From: Candidatus Latescibacterota bacterium
GTDB taxonomy: Bacteria > Latescibacterota > UBA2968
DNA length: 64,000 nt
Assembly (NCBI GenBank): GCA_965222605.1
Contig: OZ244960.1
Location: 4,832,001-4,896,000 of the forward strand
Direction of reading: 5' to 3'
Below, one piece after another: positions 30,649-39,408 of the stretch; the first letter of the stretch is position 1, and each line of letters starts with the position of its first letter. A program made the translations under genes and the position numbers. The notes below the pieces were generated by a model, which had not been told where the DNA came from, did no database searches, and was given only the letters and a program-made list of their open reading frames with translations.

Positions 30649-30758
30649 TAGTATGACTGACCTCAGTGGAACCGCGAGACAACTAACGCATCTGGTGGCA
30701 CTATTCGGCTGGCTTCCTGTTGACACGGACAAAACCCGACGGAGGAATTGAGATAGCA

Positions 30759-31067
30759 ATGAAATCTTTAGATCAACATATTGAGATTACCCCCGGTATA
30801 TGCAGCGGAAAGCCTCGTATTGCTGGCCATCGAATTACTGTGGCAAATATTGTCATCTGGCATGAGTACATGGGCAAATGTGCAGATGAAATCGCTACGG
30901 AATACGATTTGACACTGGCCGATGTGTATGCGGCGTTGGCCTACTATTTCGATCACCTCGATGAGATCAATCAATCGATTGAAGAGAGTAAAGAATTTGT
31001 GAGGACCTTACGCCAACGAACCTTTTCAAAGCTCGCTGAAAAGCTTCAAGAAAAGAGAGGTACCTGA
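30759..31067 (+). CDS. DUF433 antitoxin, copy 2
   Basis: Near-identical paralog of 30000-30308; its first ATG is changed to ATA. Confidence 0.88.
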   Translation: MKSLDQHIEITPGICSGKPRIAGHRITVANIVIWHEYMGKCADEIATEYDLTLADVYAALAYYFDHLDEINQSIEESKEFVRTLRQRTFSKLAEKLQEKRGT

Positions 31068-31865
31068 ATGCAGTTTCAACATTACAATCTCGGACACCAA
31101 TCACAAGGTGCTGTTGTTGAAGTAACATTGTCGGGAAATGCCGCCAATGTTCGGCTACTTGATAGCACAAACTTCCAAAATTATCGCTCTGGTCGTACAC
31201 ATCGTTGTATCGGTGGTCTAATTAGACGTTCTCCTGCTCGTTTGACGATTCCACACACAGGAAATTGGCATGTAGTTGTTGACTTCCAAGGCCTGCGAGG
31301 TCAATGCCGTTCTTCGGTTCGTGTAATTCCCCGGACAGCACTGTCTCCACTCCCAGAATATTCATCCTCGTCCTCACTATCACCTCTGGTGAAGGCTGTA
31401 CACCAAGAAAACTCTACCGAGCGTACACTTGAAGGTTCTGGGCAATCTGAACATTATGACGTCTTCATTTGTCACGCTACTGAAGATAAGGACGACATTG
31501 TACGTCCGCTGACCAACGCACTAATTGCAGAGGATCTTAGGGTTTGGTACGACGAATTTGAACTTCGAATAGGTGACAGCCTGCGCCGAAAAATTGATAG
31601 TGGTCTCTCACGGAGCCGATTCGGAGTAGTTATAATTTCACATTCCTTTTTTGCGAAAAACTGGACTCAATACGAATTGGATGGACTCGTGACACGAGAA
31701 ATGACTGGTGAACAGGTAATTCTTCCGATTTGGCACCAAATCAGTAAGAGTGAGGTTATTGAAAAGAGTCCTTCGCTGGCGGACAAAGTCGCTCGCAACA
31801 CTTCGGAATTCACTATCGACGAGATTGCATGCGAAATCGCTGAAGTCACAAGGGCAAGTTTGTAA
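31068..31865 (+). CDS. DUF1883-TIR domain protein (putative NADase)
   Basis: N-terminal ANVRLLD..NFQNYRSG; TIR YDVFICHATEDK...WYDEF...GDSLRRKIDSGL...WTQYELDGL with catalytic Glu. Confidence 0.88.
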   Translation: MQFQHYNLGHQSQGAVVEVTLSGNAANVRLLDSTNFQNYRSGRTHRCIGGLIRRSPARLTIPHTGNWHVVVDFQGLRGQCRSSVRVIPRTALSPLPEYSSSSSLSPLVKAVHQENSTERTLEGSGQSEHYDVFICHATEDKDDIVRPLTNALIAEDLRVWYDEFELRIGDSLRRKIDSGLSRSRFGVVIISHSFFAKNWTQYELDGLVTREMTGEQVILPIWHQISKSEVIEKSPSLADKVARNTSEFTIDEIACEIAEVTRASL

Positions 31866-31886
31866 ATCCTAGCTGGATAATGTCAT

Positions 31887-33224
31887 ATGATGTCCAACCT
31901 TAAACCCTACCCCCACTACAAACCCTCCGGTGTTAAGTGGCTCGGTGATGTGCCTGCCCATTGGGATGTGCAACGGCTTAAGTATCTATTGCAGGAGAGA
32001 GACATCCGATCTGCTGACGGAAGCGAGCAGTTGCTTAGTGTGTCACAATACACCGGGGTCACGCAGCGTAAGCGAGTAGATGGTGGAGATAACCCTGACA
32101 CTCGAGCAGAATCATTGATCGGCTACAAGTGTGTCGAACACAATGACCTTGTAGTGAATATCATGCTCGCCTGGAATGGTAGCATGGGCGTTTCACAATT
32201 CCGTGGTATTGCGAGTCCTGCTTACTGTGTCTACCGATTTTTGGCTGGTGTAAATCCATGGTTCTTTCACTATCTACTTCGTTCGCCGATTTACAAGGCA
32301 TATATCAAAACGGCATCCACTGGTGTAGTGGATAGTAGGCTTCGTTTGTACACTGATGATCTCTATTGTCTTTATGCTTTTGTCCCTCCCCTCGCTGAAC
32401 AAACCGCCATCGTCCGTTATCTCGACCAAGCCGATGAACGCATTCGTCGCTACGTCAGCAGCAGGGAGCGGCTTATCGAACTGTTGGAGGAATATCGGCA
32501 GGCGGTCATCCACCACGCAGTCACGCGCGGCCTTGCTCCCGATGTGCGCCTCAAGCCCTCGGGTGTGGAGTGGCTTGGTGATGTGCCAGCGCATTGGGAG
32601 GTGAGGCGGCTACGCTACTTGGTGAAAGGAAAACTGACATACGGTGCCAATGCTGCGGCTGAATATACAGACCCCGATTGGCCTCGCTATTTGCGGATTA
32701 CAGATTTTGATCAGGATGGAGTACTCAAAAGCAATACGTTTCGATCTCTACCTCCACAGGTAGCGAGAGATTACTTAGTTCAACCTGGAGATATTTTATT
32801 GGCACGGAGTGGTGCCACAGTGGGAAAAGCATTCTTAGTTCCAGCAGATGCTGGCGAAGCATGTTATGCTGGCTATTTGATCCGTGTCCGTCCTCATCGG
32901 TCACTAATCGAACCGCACTTTCTATTCGCTTTCACTCAAAGCACAGGCTTTACTCATTGGAAGAACTCGGCATTTATTTTATCCACAATTCAGAATATCA
33001 GTGCCGAGAAGTATGCTAATTTGCACGTTCCGTGTCCGCCGTTATCGGAACAGTTACAGATTATTCGCTATCTCGACAAGGCGACTGCTGATATTGACGC
33101 CACTATTGACCGCGCCCGGCGAGAAATTGGGTTGCTGGGCGAATACCGCACGCGGCTGATTGCCGATGTGGTTACGGGCAAAGTAGATGTGCGCGAGGCA
33201 GCGGCAGAGTTGTCCGCTGTTTAA
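31887..33224 (+). CDS. hsdS: type I R-M specificity subunit
   Basis: Two KPSGVxWLGDVPAHW repeats, two PPLxEQ spacers and a C-terminal LIADVVTGKVDVR. Confidence 0.95.
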   Translation: MMSNLKPYPHYKPSGVKWLGDVPAHWDVQRLKYLLQERDIRSADGSEQLLSVSQYTGVTQRKRVDGGDNPDTRAESLIGYKCVEHNDLVVNIMLAWNGSMGVSQFRGIASPAYCVYRFLAGVNPWFFHYLLRSPIYKAYIKTASTGVVDSRLRLYTDDLYCLYAFVPPLAEQTAIVRYLDQADERIRRYVSSRERLIELLEEYRQAVIHHAVTRGLAPDVRLKPSGVEWLGDVPAHWEVRRLRYLVKGKLTYGANAAAEYTDPDWPRYLRITDFDQDGVLKSNTFRSLPPQVARDYLVQPGDILLARSGATVGKAFLVPADAGEACYAGYLIRVRPHRSLIEPHFLFAFTQSTGFTHWKNSAFILSTIQNISAEKYANLHVPCPPLSEQLQIIRYLDKATADIDATIDRARREIGLLGEYRTRLIADVVTGKVDVREAAAELSAV

Positions 33225-33859
33225 TGGATAGAAATAGAGGTTATATGGACAATCGAGCAGTTCTTAAGATGACGCCCGGACGCGCCGCGCTGGTGGGGCT
33301 GATGAATTGCTATCTTCGCGGCTTAATGGATCCATTCGTGACGCTGCTGGAAGTGCATAAGCTCATGTATTTTATGCAGGCTGCAGGCGAGCCGTTGAAA
33401 CTGCAATTCGCCAAAGGCACTTATGGCCCTTATGCTGAGAACCTGCGGCATGTGTTGAACGCTGTTGATGGGTATCTGGTATCCGGATATGCCGATGGCG
33501 GCGATGCCCCCGATAAGGAATTGGAATTGGTTCCGGGTGCGCTCGATGATGCCCATGCGTTTCTCGAAACCGCACCTGAAACGCAGGCGTGCTTTGAAAG
33601 GGTTTCCGCGCTTATTGAAGGGTTCGAGTCGTCGTTTGGTCTGGAATTGCTCTCTACGGTGCATTGGATCGCCAGCGAGGAGAAGATATTGGTCTTTGAC
33701 GACATCGTGAATTACGCTTACGCTTGGAACGAAAGAAAGAAACAGTTTTCGCGGCGTCAGATTAAGATCGCATTTGATATTTTGTTGGAGAAGGGATGGA
33801 TTGAGCATCCCGATGTGGGTGAGACAGCGCATCCGGGCAGGACATCTCACAAAAAATAA
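33224..33859 (+). CDS. stand-alone DarG C-terminal domain (macrodomain absent)
   Basis: MTPGRAAL...EVHKLMYFMQ..GEPL.L.F...YGPYAENLRHVL...GFES.FGLELLSTVHW matches the DarG C-terminal half as recalled; TAATG coupling to hsdS. Confidence 0.8.
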   Translation: MDRNRGYMDNRAVLKMTPGRAALVGLMNCYLRGLMDPFVTLLEVHKLMYFMQAAGEPLKLQFAKGTYGPYAENLRHVLNAVDGYLVSGYADGGDAPDKELELVPGALDDAHAFLETAPETQACFERVSALIEGFESSFGLELLSTVHWIASEEKILVFDDIVNYAYAWNERKKQFSRRQIKIAFDILLEKGWIEHPDVGETAHPGRTSHKK

Positions 33860-34116
33860 GTAAAGAAAACGAGTCTGAAAAAGGATATTATAGAAAAGGA
33901 AAATATATAAATATTTGTTTTAAAAAGACTTGTTCTTTACTAAATTTTAGAATATTTTGAGATTTTAGTAAAGGATTTAGTAAAGAAGCGTTGTTTTTCA
34001 AACTCTTAATCGACTGTGGGCCTGAATCTTTTAACTTTGTTTGATGGTTGTTTGATGGAAAACCCGAAAAATGATTCGGCAAAGCAGGTTCAATTTTTTA
34101 ACTTATTGTTATACAA

Positions 34117-35502
34117 CAATGGTTCGGACAGTTTTAAGCGGCGATATTGCCATAATTGAGTAGATATTGATATTGAGACGATTTTTTTATGCAATTAAGG
34201 TCGAGATCAAACATTGAAAAAATCTTTTCGAGGAAAAATGTGTTGAAATAACAGGCTTTAATGCTTGCCATAGAAAAAGGGTTTGGCAGGGTATCGCAAT
34301 CGGCTTTTATGTGCTCTACTTTGGCTAAATTGAGAGTTGAAAGAGATGCATTGAAATGGAAATCAAGGCGTTTCTTATCTCTTGTCTGAGCGTTGGACAA
34401 GCCTGTAAACTGTTTGGCATCTCGAAAAATAAATTCAATCTGGAAACGCGCTTTGTAATACGTGAGGATTGTTTTTGCATCCAAGTTCTTATCGGTAGAA
34501 AACAAGAGGGCATAATTTTTCTTATCTTTGATCTTCTCAGTGACCAGGACGACGACTTTGACATTGCGTTTGAAGCATTGATGATTCAGCACCAAGCTGT
34601 AAAGCGCGATCCCATCTTGTGTGTGATGATAGGTAAAGCGCGATAAGTCTTGCCAGTCGACTTTTCCATCGTAAGTCTTTTGGTTGCCACTGCCTTTCTC
34701 ACGCTTGGGGCCTGTGTAAAGATAACGCATGTTGGCATCGCATCGCAGTTTGCCGATTTGGTGTAGCTTGAGGTTGGCGACGCCATCAATGAATTTCTTC
34801 TTGCTAAAATAGCCATCCACCGCGAGATATGTTTCATCGGCTTCGAGGCAAGGGTGGACCTCTCGCAGGTGCGCTAAATACTGGTCTATTCGGGTTTCAT
34901 CCTCTGTTTGGGCGTTCTTATTCGTCTTTGTGGCAGTGGTTTTTTTCTGCTTCGCGGTGTCCGTTTTGGGTACGGTTTGACAAACCGATAGGGTAAAGCC
35001 TGTGTTTTTGTCCACATCCACAAGCGCAACCCCCAAGATTTCTAAGCCCTTTTCTCGACGCGACTGGCAGCCATTCCAAAAGTGATCCAGGCCATAGGTC
35101 TTTTTGCCAGCCTTGGGCACAAAGGACGCATCTAAGACCAGAATACGCCCATGTGCTTGGTCTTGGTCTCTGCTTTCATTGATGATGGCACGGTTGAAAT
35201 CCATAAATCGAAAGGGCTTGTCAAACTGACGGGTGTATGTGCGTTCGCAAAGGTGAGAATACCGTGACAGGTTGCGAAAATTGATTTTGCCTCGTGCAAT
35301 CAGTATGGTAGTAAATAGGGTCATGAGAAACTTTTTTTGGGGCTTGGAAATGTTGAGCCGATTGAGTATCTTTTTTGCGATTGCCATTGTGCCGTCTCAC
35401 TCGTTTGGGTTGTCAGTGATCTGGAATATCTTTGACATCCAATCTGCGTGAACGGCACTTTTTTGTCTATTCTTTTTTTACTCAAAACTGTCCGAAGTAT
35501 TG
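34117..35502 (-). mobile_element. IS4/IS701-like insertion sequence, 1386 bp
   Basis: 19-bp TIR (17/19) caatggttcggacagtttt/aaaactgtccgaagtattg; 6-bp TSD ATACAA at 34111 and 35503. Confidence 0.92.
34134..35387 (-). CDS. DDE transposase
   Basis: VLDASFVPKAGK, AVDGYF and YKARFQIEFIFRDAKQ (YREK) motifs. Confidence 0.93.
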   Translation of the reverse strand: MAIAKKILNRLNISKPQKKFLMTLFTTILIARGKINFRNLSRYSHLCERTYTRQFDKPFRFMDFNRAIINESRDQDQAHGRILVLDASFVPKAGKKTYGLDHFWNGCQSRREKGLEILGVALVDVDKNTGFTLSVCQTVPKTDTAKQKKTTATKTNKNAQTEDETRIDQYLAHLREVHPCLEADETYLAVDGYFSKKKFIDGVANLKLHQIGKLRCDANMRYLYTGPKREKGSGNQKTYDGKVDWQDLSRFTYHHTQDGIALYSLVLNHQCFKRNVKVVVLVTEKIKDKKNYALLFSTDKNLDAKTILTYYKARFQIEFIFRDAKQFTGLSNAQTRDKKRLDFHFNASLSTLNLAKVEHIKADCDTLPNPFSMASIKACYFNTFFLEKIFSMFDLDLNCIKKSSQYQYLLNYGNIAA

Positions 35503-35598
35503 ATACAACTGTTTACTGTTTTGTAATTTGTTTGATGGTTGTTTGATGGAAAGCCAAATGACCATTGACACCACCGAGCGCGGTGCGGAGGTTTTGAC

Positions 35599-37077
35599 AT
35601 GAACGGTCAACGTTCCCCCGAGTACCTGGAAGGTCTTCTCCGAGAGCTATGTGCTTTGCCGCACGAGACCGAGTGGTTAGAATTTAAGGAAGGCGACACC
35701 GACCCACAGGAGATCGGCGAGTATCTTTCTGCCCTTGCCAACTCGGCTGCACTTGTGGGCAAAGCCGCGGCTTATCTGGTGTGGGGTGTGCGCGATCAAG
35801 ACCACGCAGTCGTGGGGAGCAACTTCGATCCCAGGTCCGCCAGGAAGGGAAATGAGGAACTGGAAAATTGGCTGTTGCGTTTGCTTGAACCGAAGATTGA
35901 TTTTCATTTTTTTCCCTTGAGTACCGAGAAGGGGTCAGTCATTCTGACGGAAATTAACCGGGCTACGCGGCATCCGGTGCGCTTTGCTGGTCAGGAATAC
36001 ATCCGCGTGGGCAGCTATAAGAAAAAACTCAAGGATCATCCCGAAAAAGAACGGGCACTGTGGCGCATTTTTGACCAGACGCCATTCGAGGAAGGCGTAG
36101 CACTTGAACGGGCAACGGGCGACGATGTTGTTCGCCTGCTGGATTGTCAGGCATATTTCGACCTGCTGGAACTGCCACAGCCGAGGACCCAGCGCGGCCT
36201 TCTTGAGGTACTGGCAAGCGACGAATTGATCCGGCCTTCGGTCGCAGGTGGATGGGACATCACCAATCTCGGGGCGATACTCTTTGCCAAAGATCTCGAC
36301 GATTTTCGAACCTTGCGTCGAAAGGCCGTGCGTGTCATTCATTACAAGGGCAGTGGCCGGTTGGAGACCTTGAAGGAACGCGAAGTGCCCAAGGGCTATG
36401 CCTGTGGATTTGAAGGGCTGAACGAATACATCCACGCGTTATTACCGGAGAACGAGGTTATTGAACAGGCTCTACGTCGAACAGTAGCGACATTCCCAAT
36501 CGTAGCCGTGCGCGAACTGGTCGCCAACGCACTCATCCATCAGGATTTTTCGATTACTGGCGCAGGGCCAATGGTAGAAATATTCGATCGACATCTGGAG
36601 ATTACCAACCCCGGCGTGCCCCTCGTTGATATCGACCGATTGGTGGATGCGGCACCGAAATCGCGCAATGATAAACTGGCATCGCTCATGCGGCGCTTCA
36701 ACTTGTGTGAGGAGCGCGGCAGCGGCATCGACAAGGTGGTATTCCAAGTTGAGTTGTTCCAACTTCCTGCGCCGTTGTTCGAGACACCAGGAGACGCTAC
36801 CCGTGCCACGCTTTTTGCGCCTAAGGCACTGAGAGACATGGGGCGGCAGGAACGGATTCGCGCCTGTTATTTTCACGCCTGTCTGAATTATGTGATGAAC
36901 AAACCTGTCACCAACACCTCAATTCGCAGGCGATTTGGCATCCCGGACCACAATGCTTCGACAGCCTCACGGCTACTGAGTGAAGCCGTCGAAGCGGGTT
37001 TCATCGCCGTTGAGGAGGTCAACAGCGGCACCAGGAATCGCCGCTATGTGCCCTTCTGGGCTGCCCAGGCAGATTGA
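35599..37077 (+). CDS. Schlafen/AlbA_2 + HATPase_c_4 + wHTH protein
   Basis: ETEWLEFKE, SALAN, RELVANALIHQDF, EITNPG, RN..LA and EERGSGI. Confidence 0.88.
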   Translation: MNGQRSPEYLEGLLRELCALPHETEWLEFKEGDTDPQEIGEYLSALANSAALVGKAAAYLVWGVRDQDHAVVGSNFDPRSARKGNEELENWLLRLLEPKIDFHFFPLSTEKGSVILTEINRATRHPVRFAGQEYIRVGSYKKKLKDHPEKERALWRIFDQTPFEEGVALERATGDDVVRLLDCQAYFDLLELPQPRTQRGLLEVLASDELIRPSVAGGWDITNLGAILFAKDLDDFRTLRRKAVRVIHYKGSGRLETLKEREVPKGYACGFEGLNEYIHALLPENEVIEQALRRTVATFPIVAVRELVANALIHQDFSITGAGPMVEIFDRHLEITNPGVPLVDIDRLVDAAPKSRNDKLASLMRRFNLCEERGSGIDKVVFQVELFQLPAPLFETPGDATRATLFAPKALRDMGRQERIRACYFHACLNYVMNKPVTNTSIRRRFGIPDHNASTASRLLSEAVEAGFIAVEEVNSGTRNRRYVPFWAAQAD

Positions 37078-37083
37078 CGGCCA

Positions 37084-37260
37084 TTTGTTTGATGGTTGTT
37101 TGACGGTTGCTTGATGGTTGTTTGATAGAAAACCCGAAAAATGACTCAGTAGAGCAGATTCGATTTTTTAAATTATTGTTATTAAAATACTTACTGTTTT
37201 GTAATTTGCTTGATGGTTGTTTGATAGAAACCAAATGATCATCGACATTACCGAGCGCGT
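37084..37260 (+). repeat. direct repeat copy 2 with 4+2 tandem 11-mers
   Basis: ttgtttgatgg ttgtttgacgg ttgcttgatgg ttgtttgatag, then two more copies 99 bp downstream. Confidence 0.9.
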
Positions 37261-37427
37261 TTGATGTCTATTGCAGAGCGTCCCGATATTGGATATACTC
37301 TCACAGACTGGAATAGGCCCTGATGAGGCCACGCGAAATAATTTGGGGTGGAGGTCTTTGAAGAGGCTATGGAAGAATTGGGTGATGTGAAGATTGTGGT
37401 AGAGGACAACAATAAAGGTTGAAACCC

Positions 37428-38591
37428 ATGAGTAGCCGACGCTTGCAAATAACATTGCAGCCTGCTGTGTTGAGGTGGGCGCGGGAGCGGGCGCGCATTG
37501 ATGCTGAGCAATTGGCGGACAAGATGCAGGTGAAGCCGGAGCGCGTGTTGGATTGGGAGCGCGATGGCAAGATCAGTATAGCCCAGGCAGACAGACTTGC
37601 TCAACGCACGCATACCGCTCTGGGCTTACTATACTTGACAGAGCCGCCCAAAGACCTTTTGCCAATACCCGATTTTCGCGCCCGTGGCAATGAGCAGCAA
37701 CCGAGTGTCAATCTCCTCGAGACTATTTATCTTATGCAGCGTCGTCAAGCCTGGATGCGCGAGGAGTTGATCGGGGAAGGTGCCAGGCCGCTGAATTTTA
37801 TTGAGAGTTATGAGATAGATGGCGATCCCCTGCAAGTCGCCAGTGCGATGCGCGATGCACTCCAACTTGCTGACGATTGGGCAGCATCTGTATCTAACTG
37901 GTCTAATGCACTTGGGCATTTGCGGAGTAGAGCCGAGGATGCCGGTGTGCTGGTGGTTTTCAATGGCGTTGTGGGGAACAATACAAGCCGCAAACTCGAT
38001 CCAGATGAATTTCAGGGCTTTGCTCTCGTAGATGAGTATGCCCCGTTGGTCTTTGTGAACAATGCCGACTTCAAAGCAGCGCAGATGTTCACCCTGGCTC
38101 ACGAACTCGCACATCTTTTTGTGGGAAAGACCGGGGTATCCTGTTTTGAAGATCTCCAGTCCGCATCCAATGACACAGAGAAATTTTGTGATCAGGCAGC
38201 AGCGGAGTTTTTGGTGCCAGAGGCGGAGTTGCGTGATTTTTGGCCTACAGCTAAGCAGGCAAGCAATCCTTATGAGTCTGTTGCACGTCAATTCAAAGTG
38301 AGTTCTCTCGTAGCCGCACGCCGAGCGTGCGACCTCGGCTTGATTGACGCGGATGACTTTTTCGAATTTTATAAAAAATATATGGATAAGGAATGGTACA
38401 GTCAGCAAAGTCAAGCAAGTGGTGGAAATTTCTGGAATACTCAGAAATGGCGCATCGGCACCCGATTTGGCACTGCAATCTTTCGTGCGGTCAAGGAAGG
38501 CCGTCTGCTTTATCGCGAGGCGTACAATCTCACCGGTCTAAAGAGGGAGACTTTTGAAAACATGCCAGAAAAGATGGGGATATCGGTGTGA
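37428..38591 (+). CDS. XRE-HTH + ImmA/IrrE zinc metallopeptidase
   Basis: VLRWARER HTH; FTLAHELAH (HExxH); EKFCDQAAAEFLVP. Confidence 0.9.
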   Translation: MSSRRLQITLQPAVLRWARERARIDAEQLADKMQVKPERVLDWERDGKISIAQADRLAQRTHTALGLLYLTEPPKDLLPIPDFRARGNEQQPSVNLLETIYLMQRRQAWMREELIGEGARPLNFIESYEIDGDPLQVASAMRDALQLADDWAASVSNWSNALGHLRSRAEDAGVLVVFNGVVGNNTSRKLDPDEFQGFALVDEYAPLVFVNNADFKAAQMFTLAHELAHLFVGKTGVSCFEDLQSASNDTEKFCDQAAAEFLVPEAELRDFWPTAKQASNPYESVARQFKVSSLVAARRACDLGLIDADDFFEFYKKYMDKEWYSQQSQASGGNFWNTQKWRIGTRFGTAIFRAVKEGRLLYREAYNLTGLKRETFENMPEKMGISV

Positions 38592-39109
38592 TAAATCAGG
38601 CTCCATCCTTGTTCGTGCTGGATACAAATGTTTTTATAGAGGCGCATCGTCGCTATTACGCGCAAGACCTATGCCCGGGATTCTGGGATTGTCTGACGTA
38701 TTATTGTGGCGAGGGGCGGGTGTTAAGCATTGATCGCGTTCGTGCCGAAATACTCAGTAGTCCAGATCAACTATCTCAGTGGATCAACCAAGCACCGAGC
38801 AATCTATTTGTCTCATCAGCGGAACCATCAGTTGTAAATACTTTTACGAACATGATGAACTGGGTACAGGGGAATAATCAGTTTCTGCCTGCAGCAAAAA
38901 TGGATTTCGCAAATGTAGCTGATGGGTGGCTCGCGGCCTACGCGAGGGTTCACAACGCGGTTGTGGTTACTCAAGAGGTATATAGTCCAGGCGTGAGGAA
39001 AAGGGTACCCCTGCCAAATGTATGTAGGCAGTTTGATGTTGATTATCGAGACACTTTTGCGATGTTGCGCGAACTTGAGGTCAGTTTTGACTGGAGACGT
39101 TCTCCATGA
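38588..39109 (+). CDS. DUF4411 PIN-domain protein
   Basis: VLDTNVFIEA..RYY, ADGWLAAYA, VVTQE and LPNVC; 4-nt overlap with the peptidase gene. Confidence 0.88.
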   Translation: MINQAPSLFVLDTNVFIEAHRRYYAQDLCPGFWDCLTYYCGEGRVLSIDRVRAEILSSPDQLSQWINQAPSNLFVSSAEPSVVNTFTNMMNWVQGNNQFLPAAKMDFANVADGWLAAYARVHNAVVVTQEVYSPGVRKRVPLPNVCRQFDVDYRDTFAMLRELEVSFDWRRSP

Positions 39110-39134
39110 CCACTTTGACCTGAGTTGCCATCCA

Positions 39135-39326
39135 GTACTTGATTGGTACTTGACTGGTACTTGACTGACGACCAACGATGCGAGGTCACATTTTCCATAA
39201 GTTATTGAATATACGACGGTTATTTTATTTGACTGGTACTTGACTGACGATCAGGGATATGAGATCGTATTTTTCATAAACTGTTGAATATACGACGGTT
39301 ATTTTTCTTGACTGGTACTTGACTGA
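39135..39326 (+). repeat. 79-bp period tandem repeat built on gtacttgactg 11-mers
   Basis: ttgactggtacttgactga at 39150, 39229 and 39308; ttgaatatacgacggttatttt occurs twice. Confidence 0.92.
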
Positions 39327-39342
39327 AACCCCATTTCGAACG

Positions 39343-39408
39343 ATATATTTTCGTACTCGAAAAGCAATCCGAAGTGAGAGAGTAAGGTATGAAGGATCGG
39401 GATATTAA
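39343..39408 (+). pseudogene. putative 3' remnant of a brnT toxin gene
   Basis: Reads IYFRTRKAIRSERVRYEGSGY*, resembling the BrnT end IISARKAxxxERxxYE; its TAT-GAA codons overlap the next ATG. Confidence 0.5.

Larger units (their letters stand above)
34036..35583 (+). repeat. ~155-bp direct repeat, copy 1 (split by an IS)
   Basis: 34036-34116 plus 35509-35583 aligns with 37106-37260; contains ttgtttgatgg 11-mers. Confidence 0.88.

Noticed and set aside
31887-33224. Phase-variable hsdS shufflon
   Set aside because: Only one hsdS, its internal repeats are the normal direct conserved regions, and no inverted silent TRDs or invertase were seen
33950-33990. tttagtaaag direct and inverted repeats in an AT-rich gap
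   Set aside because: Too short and AT-rich to separate from chance; could be an operator or gene remnant but unsupported
39135-39326. CRISPR mini-array or type III TA antitoxin array
   Set aside because: Only two full units, the variable segments are still related to each other, there are no cas genes, and no ToxN/CptN/TenpN-like gene follows
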